Below, in pieces: positions 29,194 through 43,241 of a DNA stretch of 64,000 nucleotides; within the stretch, counting starts at the first letter, position 1; every line of letters starts with the position of its first letter. The translations under genes and the position numbers were made by a program. A model generated the notes under the pieces. That model was not told the origin of the DNA, searched no databases, and worked only from the letters and a program-made list of their open reading frames with translations. Origin of the DNA: Eledone cirrhosa (taxonomy: Eukaryota); contig OZ024741.1 of the NCBI GenBank assembly GCA_964016885.1, forward strand, positions 185,628,001-185,692,000. Reading direction: 5' to 3'.

Positions 29194-29440
29194 AAGGCGC
29201 ATGGCTTAGTGGTTAGAGCAATCAAAAGGTTGTGAGTTCAATTCTCGGACCGGGTGATGTATTGTTTCCTTAAGCAAGCACTTTATTTCACGTTGCTCCA
29301 ATTTGCTCAGCTGTAGAAATGAGATGAAGAGGTACCGGCCTGCTCGCTCAGCCAGTGGGATGGCGTTATCTTATGGCTAAAACAGCACGACGTGCTGTGA
29401 CCGAATGGACGCCCGACAGACTGATCGGTCAAGGTGATAT
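29190..29440 (+). mobile_element. tRNA-derived SINE, family 1
   Basis: gtgaaggcgcatggcttagtggttagagc..gagttcaattc; tail matches the 7520-7795 copy. Confidence 0.8.
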
Positions 29441-29959
29441 ACATATATATATATATATATACATATAAATGAAAATAGAGAAATTAATGTAAGCAAAATG
29501 CCAACAATAATTCAGACATATAAGTGACTATACCATCAACATGAAAAAATGTTTAATGTAAGATGAGGGAAAAGTAATACAATCTTAATTCAAAACAAAT
29601 CAAGAAGAAAAACTTAACCGTCAATTTAGGGAAAACTACAAATGCACAATATAGTCTTAAAAGACTATTTCACGAAACTTTTCAGTGCGGTTAGTCACGG
29701 TTGGAACCGATCTTCAGTAGTGGTCAAAACATTAACCAAAACACACCGCTAAAATGCCGAGAGGAATTAAAAGCAGGCAAGCGACAGCGTGTAGTAATGA
29801 AATAACAAATCACAAGTGGACACAAGCTAGTGATGGAGGGATGAGACAAAAAAGCTGTTTACAAGAACTGTTGTAGTCAAAACATTCCGAAAACACTCAA
29901 CAAAAACATGGAGTTCAGCATAAGCAATATTATCGCAGTTTTTTATATACATATATATT

Positions 29960-31566
<1,607 letters not shown>

Positions 31567-31597
31567 AAGAATCAAAGAACTGTTCAAAACATTATTG

Positions 31598-31644
31598 TGC
31601 TTACAGCTGTTTCCTCCAAACCGAGGTTTGGATTCTTCGGAGCA
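31598..31644 (-). ncRNA. Variant hammerhead ribozyme in inverted pLTR
   Basis: Reverse complement of 33375-33421. Confidence 0.7.
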
Positions 31645-33374
31645 ATTTATTAATGCATGGACAGTTATATGACCTCCTTTTCAGCCGAGAGACATACCAA
31701 TACATATTCAAACATTGATACTTATTCAAACATTGTGGGTCAACATTCATTACAAAATTTAGAGTGGCAGTACACACTTCGAGATTACATTTATATTAAT
31801 AGGTACAATCAAAAATCAAAGATATAGGTTAAAGTACAACATGAAGATAAGTGGTTATATAGTGCAAATGTTATATGTGTGGCACGCATGTGCGTATTGT
31901 TTATATAGTGTGGCAGAGAGATATGTGTGGTAGAGGCACTTAGGTAGGTAAATAAGAGTGTTAGGTTGGTAGATCTGGTGGCAAAGTCTTTATATGATTG
32001 ATGTAGTCTGTGTGTGGAGAAATATTATAAACATTAAAGATAGTGCAAGCATTAAAAGTGTTATAAGTATTGGAGATGCACAACGCAGGGATGTCACGTA
32101 ATTCATGTACTTCGGCATTTTCATGGTCAAGGGAGTGTATATTTCGATTATATGCCTTTCACATAATCCACGACAATCCAGTTAGAGATCGTAGTCTGGT
32201 GTTCCTTAGTTCGATACAGGAGGTTGTTACGTTTCGAGAGACGCCATTGAATACCGGAAGAGTGAATGCAATGCAACTGCCGTGCGGGTTGTACGTATAT
32301 GGATGATCTGACGGTCAGAGAGGGGTCGCGAGGACTGCGGATTGACCTTTGGCCTGCTTGGGGACGATTATCTTTCGACATCCAATGTAGCAAGCGATGA
32401 CCCAGATCTTACCAGAGATCATTGGGTCCTGAAGCAATCCTGCAATCACCGCGCCTGGTCATATGAGCAGACTACAACCACAGAGATCATTAATTTAGAA
32501 TCCTCGCTCATCATCTATAATTTCCATTTGTAGCACCTTAAGATGGGTTAATCCACCTTAATAATAATATGATCTCCTTCAGCATAATTTAGTTAAACTA
32601 CTCTATAGTTAGTACACTTTATGCTTTAAAAGTCTCTCTTGGAAGGTGCACCTCACCATAGAATTCAGGGTCCATATTGGGACACATTTTAATGGCTAGA
32701 TATAGAAACCCCAGAGTTACCTCCCCGCATGCATTAACTCCCCTTAGCCACACACACACTTCCGGTATTCAATGGCGTCTCTCGAAACGTAACAACCTCC
32801 TGTATCGAACTAAGGAACACCAGACTACGATCTCTAACTGGATTGTCGTGGATTATGTGAAAGGCATATAATCGAAATATACACTCCCTTGACCATGAAA
32901 ATGCCGAAGTACATGAATTACGTGACATCCCTGCGTTGTGCATCTCCAATACTTATAACACTTTTAATGCTTGCACTATCTTTAATGTTTATAATATTTC
33001 TCCACACACAGACTACATCAATCATATAAAGACTTTGCCACCAGATCTACCAACCTAACACTCTTATTTACCTACCTAAGTGCCTCTACCACACATATCT
33101 CTCTGCCACACTATATAAACAATACGCACATGCGTGCCACACATATAACATTTGCACTATATAACCACTTATCTTCATGTTGTACTTTAACCTATATCTT
33201 TGATTTTTGATTGTACCTATTAATATAAATGTAATCTCGAAGTGTGTACTGCCACTCTAAATTTTGTAATGAATGTTGACCCACAATGTTTGAATATGTA
33301 TCAATGTTTGAATATGTATTGGTATGTCTCTCGGCTGAAAAGGAGGTCATATAACTGTCCATGCATTAATAAAT

Positions 33375-33421
33375 TGCTCCGAAGAATCCAAACCTCGGTT
33401 TGGAGGAAACAGCTGTAAGCA
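33375..33421 (+). ncRNA. Variant type I hammerhead ribozyme (CCGAAGA core) in 5' pLTR
   Basis: TGCT-CCGAAGA-a-TCCAAAC ctcg GTTTGGA-g-GAAA-CAGCTG-TA-AGCA; palindromic stem III ACAGCTGT. Confidence 0.72.
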
Positions 33422-33670
33422 CAATAATGTTTTGAACAGTTCTTTGATTCTTATATTTCATATAACTGCTCTGTAAATCATCTGATGTTTTTACATTGAG
33501 CTACTTAACTTACTGGTAATAAGGTAGTAATACATTACTGCCTACCACTATTTAGGGTGTGTGTAAAATACTTACAACTGCTTAAGGTTTTGTGTTTACA
33601 TAACCATAAATAGTATAACTAATACTATTAACTGCTCCATATCGTTGAGCTGACATATAATATTGCCAAT

Positions 33671-36130
33671 ATGCTAATCAAAGACCAACTCCCCATGTCG
33701 ACCAAGAACATACCAATACCATCCAGGAATACATATGAGAAATTGCTGATCAACAGTGTAAATTCATTTATCAATAGAGTGAGATGGAGGACATTCCATT
33801 ATGATAGAAACAAATCTAACAACTTGAATAATACTAACAATTTTGACTCCTTCGGCTTTAAAACCTTTAAAAGCCCCCCTCATAACACTCTACTTAACTC
33901 CTTTGAAAATGACCTAGTTAAACTAGTTAAGAACATTAAATACAATAAGCACCATATTAGAAGCAACACCTTCTTAAACAAACTTAACACTTCTATTAGT
34001 GGATTCAAAACTAGTAATAAAATTATTGTACACGCAGATAAAACTAATAACATATACAGCCTAGATTATATTACTTATAGAAAGTTTATATATAATGAAC
34101 TACATAAAAGCTACAAAAAAACCACCTTGAAAAACTTAGAAGATATTAATGTAGAGGGTTATAATATAGTGTCTAAACTAGGACTACAGAGGCATACACA
34201 ACCTTTCACTCCGAACCCCCCTAGATTCTCTCTGAAGGACCATAAGGAGAACTTCATCAGCAACCCCACAATAAGACTTATCTGCCCTTCCAAGTCCGAC
34301 ATTGGTATTATCAGCAAGAAGATATTGGATAAAATCATCCCACAAATTAAACACAAGATACACCTTAAACAATGGGGAAATACGGGTGAAGTAATTGAAT
34401 GGTTTAAGGATATCAAGAATAATAAGAACAAAAAATTTATTCAATTTGATATCAATTCATACTACACCTCTATTTCCCCTATCCTATTAAATAAGGCACT
34501 TATCATGGCCATGACCAATAGCGACCTGACTAGAGCCCAGGTTGATGTCATCCTTGCGGCCCGTAAAACCATAATCACCTTCGAGGACCAACTATGGACA
34601 CGCAAGGATACGCACAACAACTTCGACATAACCATGGGATCTAGTGACTCGGCCCAGGTCACTGATTTGGTCGGCCTATACCTCCTCAATGAAATCCATA
34701 AAGACCTCCCTTACCTCAACGGTGGTTTGTACCGCGATGATGCACTTCTACTCATAGAATATAAAAAATTTAATATAGAAAGAACTAGAAAACAACTGCA
34801 TAAGACATTCAAAAACTTTAACCTTAGTATCACCATGGACAAAAACACTAAAAATGTTAACTTCCTGGACGCCACACTATACCTAGACTCAAAAATATAT
34901 ACACCTTTCCATAAGCCTAATGAGAAACTTATTTACGTAGATACCAAGTCTAATCACCCTAGATCAATATTAAACTCTATCTCTAAGGGGGTGTCCAATA
35001 GAATCTCTAGTCTGTCCTATGACGCAAACATATTTAGCAAAAACTCACAATATTACAATCAAGCATTAACTAGCTCCGGCCATAATATAGAAATAGAGTT
35101 CCTACCTAAGAAAACACATAGCTACAACATCATCTCGCACAACATGTCCATGAGGAAATCTAATAATAGGAATAGCAACCACAAGTACACCAAAGCGGAG
35201 GGTGCCACCGGAAGTAACCATTACCATGGAAACTACTGTGAGGCCTTAGGAGGAAGCAACACACCAAACACTAAAAGCAAAAATAGAAGAAGAAATAATA
35301 CATTTTTCAACCCTCCTTTCAACCTAAATGTCTCCACCAACATACCTAGGGCTTTCTTCTCACTACTAGATAAAAACTTCCCTCTAGGACACAAGTACCA
35401 CAACCTCTTAAACAAAAACACCATTAAAATCTCATACTCTACGACGCCTAACTTAGCATACCACATAGCTAGCAGCAATAATAGTAAAATTAGTTCTTAC
35501 TTCCAACAAACAAAATCACAACGGGATGCAAACCCTCTAAATACCACTGTAGCAAGCAACAATAGCAACGGCAGTAACAATAGAAATAACACTAGTATAA
35601 GTAATAACACCAGGGTTGTCAACCTGAACACCCAAAATCCTATATCCACCACACAGACTTCCGCATTGCATTATAACCAGCGGACTAACGCACAGAATAA
35701 TTGTAACTGTAGAGCTAATAGAACCTGCCCTTTAGATAAAAAATGCCTAACCAAGGATGTCATATACTCATGCACAGTCACGACTAATAACTCTTCAGAA
35801 ACCTATGTAGGCTCCACTTCTAACTGCTTCAAAATTAGATATAACTCGCACATCCACTCGTTCAAAAAGCACAGCCTAGCCAACTCCACCTCACTTTCTA
35901 GCTACATACACTATCTAAAATCTAAAAATAAACCATACACACTCAAATGGGAAGTGATAGGCAGCGCGACCTCGTACAAACCACCTAATAAATTCTGTAA
36001 CCTCTGTATACTAGAGACACACAATATTATCTTCTCCAACCGTAACCTACTTAACAAAAAATCTGAGGTGTTTGCAACTTGCCAGCACCGCCTCAGACTT
36101 TCCTTCCAAAACTTTAAGCCCTATATATAG
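33671..36130 (+). CDS. PLE reverse transcriptase with C-terminal GIY-YIG endonuclease, 819 aa, intact
   Basis: ADKTN motif; RT motifs QFDINSYY, DITMGSSDSAQVTDLVG, GGLYRDD, NFLD; SNHP; CNCRANRTCP linker; VIY..YVG..RYNSH; CNLCILE..LLNKKSE. Confidence 0.95.
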   Translation: MLIKDQLPMSTKNIPIPSRNTYEKLLINSVNSFINRVRWRTFHYDRNKSNNLNNTNNFDSFGFKTFKSPPHNTLLNSFENDLVKLVKNIKYNKHHIRSNTFLNKLNTSISGFKTSNKIIVHADKTNNIYSLDYITYRKFIYNELHKSYKKTTLKNLEDINVEGYNIVSKLGLQRHTQPFTPNPPRFSLKDHKENFISNPTIRLICPSKSDIGIISKKILDKIIPQIKHKIHLKQWGNTGEVIEWFKDIKNNKNKKFIQFDINSYYTSISPILLNKALIMAMTNSDLTRAQVDVILAARKTIITFEDQLWTRKDTHNNFDITMGSSDSAQVTDLVGLYLLNEIHKDLPYLNGGLYRDDALLLIEYKKFNIERTRKQLHKTFKNFNLSITMDKNTKNVNFLDATLYLDSKIYTPFHKPNEKLIYVDTKSNHPRSILNSISKGVSNRISSLSYDANIFSKNSQYYNQALTSSGHNIEIEFLPKKTHSYNIISHNMSMRKSNNRNSNHKYTKAEGATGSNHYHGNYCEALGGSNTPNTKSKNRRRNNTFFNPPFNLNVSTNIPRAFFSLLDKNFPLGHKYHNLLNKNTIKISYSTTPNLAYHIASSNNSKISSYFQQTKSQRDANPLNTTVASNNSNGSNNRNNTSISNNTRVVNLNTQNPISTTQTSALHYNQRTNAQNNCNCRANRTCPLDKKCLTKDVIYSCTVTTNNSSETYVGSTSNCFKIRYNSHIHSFKKHSLANSTSLSSYIHYLKSKNKPYTLKWEVIGSATSYKPPNKFCNLCILETHNIIFSNRNLLNKKSEVFATCQHRLRLSFQNFKPYI

Positions 36131-37572
36131 CAATGTCGGACTGGAACCTAACACCACATCTAGCATCAAACACCAGAGACACACCCTATACTACATACCC
36201 AACACTAGCTGATCCATTATAACACAAACAACGACATCCCTCTGGAACCCTTCGCAGGGAAAATACCCATTTATACCTCTACGGCAGGTGTGACAACATC
36301 CACCCACCTGGACGGCACTACACCGCTCTAAGGGTAATTTGAGCATGAATCGATCGGTTGGATGGTGTTGGGCAGAGGAAACACCTTCCTTAGACAGATG
36401 TAAATGATTTAATCGAGTAGCGCTGTTGACCAGTAGGACCGGGCTGCTGAGCGCAGTGAGTGAATGCAATGCAACTGCCGTGCGGGTTGTACGTATATGG
36501 ATGATCTGACGGTCAGAGAGGGGTCGCGAGGACTGCGGATTGACCTTTGGCCTGCTTGGGGACGATTATCTTTCGACATCCAATGTAGCAAGCGATGACC
36601 CAGATCTTACCAGAGATCATTGGGTCCTGAAGCAATCCTGCAATCACCGCGCCTGGTCATATGAGCAGACTACAACCACAGAGATCATTAATTTAGAATC
36701 CTCGCTCATCATCTATAATTTCCATTTGTAGCACCTTAAGATGGGTTAATCCACCTTAATAATAATATGATCTCCTTCAGCATAATTTAGTTAAACTACT
36801 CTATAGTTAGTACACTTTATGCTTTAAAAGTCTCTCTTGGAAGGTGCACCTCACCATAGAATTCAGGGTCCATATTGGGACACATTTTAATGGCTAGATA
36901 TAGAAACCCCAGAGTTACCTCCCCGCATGCATTAACTCCCCTTAGCCACACACACACTTCCGGTATTCAATGGCGTCTCTCGAAACGTAACAACCTCCTG
37001 TATCGAACTAAGGAACACCAGACTACGATCTCTAACTGGATTGTCGTGGATTATGTGAAAGGCATATAATCGAAATATACACTCCCTTGACCATGAAAAT
37101 GCCGAAGTACATGAATTACGTGACATCCCTGCGTTGTGCATCTCCAATACTTATAACACTTTTAATGCTTGCACTATCTTTAATGTTTATAATATTTCTC
37201 CACACACAGACTACATCAATCATATAAAGACTTTGCCACCAGATCTACCAACCTAACACTCTTATTTACCTACCTAAGTGCCTCTACCACACATATCTCT
37301 CTGCCACACTATATAAACAATACGCACATGCGTGCCACACATATAACATTTGCACTATATAACCACTTATCTTCATGTTGTACTTTAACCTATATCTTTG
37401 ATTTTTGATTGTACCTATTAATATAAATGTAATCTCGAAGTGTGTACTGCCACTCTAAATTTTGTAATGAATGTTGACCCACAATGTTTGAATATGTATC
37501 AATGTTTGAATATGTATTGGTATGTCTCTCGGCTGAAAAGGAGGTCATATAACTGTCCATGCATTAATAAAT

Positions 37573-37619
37573 TGCTCCGAAGAATCCAAACCTCGGTTTG
37601 GAGGAAACAGCTGTAAGCA
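37573..37619 (+). ncRNA. Variant type I hammerhead ribozyme in 3' pLTR
   Basis: Identical to 33375-33421. Confidence 0.72.
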
Positions 37620-37820
37620 CAATAATGTTTTGAACAGTTCTTTGATTCTTATATTTCATATAACTGCTCTGTAAATCATCTGATGTTTTTACATTGAGCT
37701 ACTTAACTTACTGGTAATAAGGTAGTAATACATTACTGCCTACCACTATTTAGGGTGTGTGTAAAATACTTACAACTGCTTAAGGTTTTGTGTTTACATA
37801 ACCATAAATAGTATAACTAA

Positions 37821-37867
<47 letters not shown>

Positions 37868-37872
<5 letters not shown>

Positions 37873-38028
37873 GCATACATATAACGAAGGAGGTGTGGTA
37901 AGGAACCAGATGGACCATAAAGCACAAGGGTACCCAATACAATACAACAGGTGGAAACATAATAGCACCACTGATGATGTTGCAGATGTGTAGCGAAAGA
38001 ACATATTTAGAATATATATATGTGTTTG

Positions 38029-38032
<4 letters not shown>
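37868..38032 (+). mobile_element. PLE family A' fragment with HHR core at ~37966-38005
   Basis: caccactgatgatgttgcagatgtgtagcgaaagaac; reverse complement of 30170-30330. Confidence 0.7.
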
Positions 38033-38067
<35 letters not shown>

Positions 38068-38080
38068 GTGTATATATATA

Positions 38081-38171
<91 letters not shown>

Positions 38172-38177
<6 letters not shown>

Positions 38178-39350
38178 ATACTTTGGGAGGGTCATGTTGC
38201 CAATAAGAAACACACGCACCAGAAGCTTTCACTTCAATTTATTATAAATTAAATTTATAAATTTAGTAATTCATAAAATTCTCGTTGGTTGGTTGGTTCC
38301 ACAACCAGACCATTGTTCATATATTGTCAAAGTTCTTACGTCACACATCCTGTGACCTCTTCAGTGACTGGGGATTATTTTCTTTGTTTTTGTGCCTCTC
38401 CTTTGTTCTGTCCTGCGCCATCTTGTTGTGTGCTTAGTTTGCGCATGTATTACATCCGGGTGTCTGTGTGTGTTTATATTTGTTTATTTATTTGTTTATT
38501 TACATGTTACTGTTTGATTGTTTGTTCTATGTGTGTGTGTGTTTTCATTTTGTCCTTAATTGTAAGTTGTGATGTGGCTATTCCACTCATGCTTTCTATT
38601 TAATTTTGGTTGGAGTTCATTTATGTTTATTGCCTCTGTGATTTGTCTAAATATTGCGTCTTTTCTGTGCGTATATTCTATTTTTATTTCTGTTCTTTAA
38701 TTTACCCTTATGTTCTATTTTAGCATGTTGGTAGAGTACAGATGATTCTTTACTATCTTGAAGCTCTCGCCAGTGTTCATTTATCCGTTCTCCTATACTA
38801 AGAGCTGTCTCACCTATGTACACTATATTCTTATCTCTACATTGTCCTTCAGTACATCTTATGCTATATACTACATTTCTAGTTTTACAGTTAATATAGG
38901 TCTTAGTTTACAGATTATACATTTCTTATCTATACAGGGAGGTCTTTGAAAAGGGTATGTATTGCTAATAAGTGTTTTTATGGAGGTACCTGGTCTTTCG
39001 AAAGACCAGGTACCTCCATAAAAACAACACACACAGAAACAAGATGGCGTAGGACAGAACAAAGGAGAGGCACAAAAACAAAGAAAAGAATCCCCAGTCA
39101 CTGAAGAGGTCACATAATGTGTGGCGAAAGAACTTTGACAATACATGAACAATCGTCTGGTTTTGGAACCAACCAACCAACTGGAAATTTATAAATTACT
39201 AAATTTATGAATTTAATTTATAATAAATTGAAGTGAAAGCAACTGGTGCGTGTGTTTCTTATTGGCAACATGACCCTCCCAAAGTATAACAATATCGGTG
39301 TCAACACACTTTTTCAGATAAAGAATCTTGCTAAACAAATTCAGAAACGA
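38172..39350 (-). mobile_element. 5'-truncated PLE family A: pLTR, GIY-YIG domain, inverted pLTR
   Basis: 38172-38425 is inverted at ~39040-39295. HHR motifs at 38326-38368 (-, GAAA mutated) and 39097-39139 (+). (TA)n on both sides. Confidence 0.9.
38556..39000 (-). pseudogene. Frameshifted GIY-YIG endonuclease domain of PLE family A
   Basis: Hand translation: ERPGTSIKTLISNTYPFQRPPCIDKKCIICK / NCKTRNVVYSIRCTEGQCRDKNIVYIGETALSIGERINEHW..SVLYQHAKIEH / RQITEAININELQPKLNRKHEW, with two frameshifts. Confidence 0.88.
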
Positions 39351-39351
39351 A

Positions 39352-39460
<109 letters not shown>

Positions 39461-39987
39461 TTAAAACAATCAAATAAAAATGTCGATACATCATACGCTA
39501 TACTATACTATATACAATTTACCATAATGCACTATATTATATTACATTATATTATATTATTATATTATTGTATTTTATTATTTTATTATAACTTTCATCT
39601 TTTAATATACTATCCTTCCTAGTTATGACCATTAATTTACCTTTCTATATTTATCCTAGTTATTTCCGTATATTTTATATTTCTTTATTTATATTCACCT
39701 AAAAACTCCATACAACACAACTCAACATATAATTTTTACATCCCTTTTTAAACTTCACTCCACCATCTACATTTCACTATCAATGCAACAATCCATTTTC
39801 TTCATAGGTTCTTCATAGTAATTCTATTTTTAACACCATTCATACATTCCTTTCAAAAGGTCATGATCTTAACTAAAGTGTTAAATTTGGTCTTAACATC
39901 ATATGGCAAAACACCATTACTTTGTTCTTCAGGTACCTCCAAAAAAGGTCAAAGAACTCAATTTTTCTATTGATTTTGAATAACATT

Positions 39988-40121
39988 TTCATTGCTTTTG
40001 ACAACGGCTGTTGTAAATATATTCCTTTTTTTATATTTTGTAACTAATCTTACATAGATCGATAATGAAATATGCGTACGATGCATTATATATTACGTAG
40101 AAACAATCGTAAAGTAGTGAA
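39988..40121 (+). ncRNA. Long-stem-II hammerhead candidate with U3-A8 core (diverged relative of 50678-50831)
   Basis: TTCATTGCTT-TTGACAA-cggc..(95 nt)..ta-GAAA-CAATCG-TA-AAGTAGTGAA; 10-bp stem I with two G-U pairs. Downstream ttgagttcttcat matches the pLTR at ~50972. Confidence 0.6.
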
Positions 40122-41019
40122 GTATATTCTTAATGACTTGAATTTTTATTTCATTATTTTAACTTATATCATGACTCTGTTTTCCTTGTGATGTTTTATT
40201 GTTTTCCGGGATTTATTTTAACCTACAACATGTTCAACATATGGATTAAATTGAGTTCTTCATGCAGAATAGACCTCACAACTAACCGTAGATATTTCTG
40301 TGTATATATATATAAATATATTAAATGAAGAAATACATATATATCTACACAAGTATAGATACATACAAAGACGTCCAACCGATACTAAGTTTTGCTCTAT
40401 AAAAGAATTAACAAGATCAACCCATTCAGAGCTTAATAAAATCATATATTGGAAAAGCAAACAAGATAAGAAAAAAATCATATATTGGAAAAGCAAACAA
40501 GATAAGAAAAAAAATCTTTACTTACTTATTTTAACTAGCAGAAAAACCACCTTAGGATGGTTTTCTGCTAGCATGTGTAGTGTGTATAGTGATATTGTAC
40601 GTAAGTACATATGAATGTAGATATGATACATCAAATAAAATCATAATTGACAATATAGACAGAAATTGTACGAAGACTGTGTTACACTGTCTTATCTAAT
40701 CAGTAACGTAATCCATGATACATTAAAAAAAGACGATGTTATATATGAACTGCATTAGGAGAAAATTAGTGACAGATATATATGTATGTTTATTTAAACG
40801 ATCGCTAACCGGAAGTGTTGACATTTGAAAATTTTAAAGAAGTGAATCTTTAAATAAGTAATAAAATATATTTAATGAATAGCCACGAAATTTAGTAGAT
40901 AAATTATGTAATATTCATTCATTATTTACTCAAGGTAATCCAACTCATTTTACTAAGGGGGTAAACAATTATAAACCGTACGCAGTCCCGCGCTTCTTAC
41001 TTTATTATAGTTTAGATAT

Positions 41020-41360
41020 CCCTATTGCAGTTTCTTTGAGAAAATAACAATACTGCGAGTAGAGTAATGCGATAAATCTCAAATCATTGGGAGAATTTCT
41101 CAGTCCAGAAAGAAAATTCAAGACAAGAATTACTCGGTGGTCGCTGTCAGTGATAATTTCAAATGGAAGAATTATAATGTGACAAGTGACCGACAGCAGG
41201 GTAGTAATGTGGACATTGGCAAGCTACGTGCAACTAGAAAAAGTAGGAATTCTTCTCTTGAATTTTCTTTCTGGACTGAGAAAGTCTTCTGATGATTTGA
41301 GATTCTTCGCGATGCTCTACTAAGAGTATTGTTATTTCCTCATAGAAGCTGCATTTAGGG
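41020..41360. repeat. Imperfect inverted repeat, MITE-like
   Basis: Arms of ~110 bp (41026-41134 / 41242-41353), e.g. ctcagtccagaaagaaaattcaaga / tcttgaattttctttctggactgag. Confidence 0.6.
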
Positions 41361-41399
41361 CATTCAAGTAAGTAAAGATACTATTCTTGTTTGCTTTTC

Positions 41400-41444
<45 letters not shown>

Positions 41445-41637
41445 GATAAATCTACCAAGAGTTTACGGTAGTGTCCAATCCGTATGAAGAACTCAATGTA
41501 TTCCGGATATCATGGAAAGAAGAGATGTAATGAAAAATCACTTTCGGTGAAAGATAAACGGTATACAGAGTCAAGATAAAATATTAAACAAATAATGAAT
41601 AAACAATGAAACAGTTCCTTATATTAAACAAAAAAAG

Positions 41638-41791
41638 TTCATTATTTAACGATCGTTTCTAGGATATATATGTGTTAGAATTGGCATGCATATTCAACAG
41701 ATCTATGTACAAAATTATACAAAATTATACAAACTATCAAGATTAAATATACATACCAACACATATATACGCCGTCTTCAGAAATAATGAA
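41638..41791 (-). ncRNA. Long-stem-II hammerhead ribozyme in inverted copy
   Basis: Reverse complement of 57260-57413. Confidence 0.78.
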
Positions 41792-42417
41792 ATATATTTA
41801 TTGATAATAACAACAATTCAAAATTTCAGGTCCGTTTGGGAACAAAATTGACCAATGAAAATGCAAAAGGTTTAATGCAGTTCAGTGTGTGTATATACAT
41901 GTAACTACCCTTACACATATTTTACAAAAATGTATGCACAACTTGTATATGCATACCAAAAGGATGGATGCAAATACAAAATTTCAAGGTTAATGTCTCT
42001 GTAAGTTTATAATGCACAGATAAGATGCGTATAGACACATAAATATGAAATAAGTGTATACACATATTCACATACTCACACATATCCGTACAATCACACA
42101 CACACGCGCGTATATGCATAAACATACACATAACTACGAACATACAAACACACACACACCCCCACTCACATATATATATGTGGATATAAAATCCTAAGCA
42201 CATGGATATTAATTCACTCACATAAACACTGGCACACACATTTAGATCAAGATACAGAAATTAGGTGGGAGGGGGGAGAGGTCAGTATTCAACGGTTTGG
42301 GCAGACTGCTTAATATAGATGTATCTATAAACTAAGAAAATAAAAAATAATAAATAATAAATAAACATTAAAAAGGAAAGAAAAGAAAAAGAAAAAAGAA
42401 AAAAGAAATATATCAAG

Positions 42418-42463
<46 letters not shown>

Positions 42464-42619
42464 CACATATATACACATATATATATATATACACATATAC
42501 AAACACATACATACATATACACACATCCACACTTAGAACATACATACACACACATATATAAACATATACATATACATACATACATACATATACACACATA
42601 CATATAAATACACATATAT

Positions 42620-42665
<46 letters not shown>

Positions 42666-42969
42666 ATACACATATAATCACACATACTATATAGACACAC
42701 ATATATATACACACATACACGCACATATACATACACTTACATACTTATATACATACAGATATACACATACATACCTATATATACACACAAATACATACAG
42801 ACATACATACATACATACAGACAAATACTTACGCATCTATATATCGGTATATACATACAAACACCACTACACTCTCACACAACTCAGACATACAAAGAAA
42901 AAGGTATATACCTATACACATATACATATACAAATAGAGAAACATATACATATATATATATATATATAT

Positions 42970-43006
<37 letters not shown>

Positions 43007-43202
43007 CACATATACACACATACTCATACATACTCATACATACATGTACACACACATAGATATATATACACATACACACATACACACATACATATATAGT
43101 CATACACACACATACACCTACACGAACATACACATACACATATATAAAGATATATATACACACACACACACACATACACACACACACATATATATAAAAT
43201 AA

Positions 43203-43241
<39 letters not shown>

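Larger units (their letters stand above)
31556..37826 (+). mobile_element. Full-length Penelope-like element (C-terminal EN, probable Hydra clade): inverted pLTR, direct pLTR, ORF, pLTR
   Basis: Direct repeats 32260-33628 and 36458-37826 (offset 4198). 31556-32260 is the reverse complement of 32759-33464. Single RT-EN ORF. Both ends abut (TA)n. Confidence 0.95.

Noticed and set aside
29660-29722. CTGAAGA plus hairpin cggt-tcca-accg on the minus strand
   Set aside because: No GAAA in register after the hairpin and no stem I.
32070-32949. Short duplicated ORFs within the pLTRs
   Set aside because: They recur only because the pLTR is repeated; no coding motifs.
41288-41310. CTGATGA within the MITE-like arm
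   Set aside because: No matching GAAA, stem III or stem I found.
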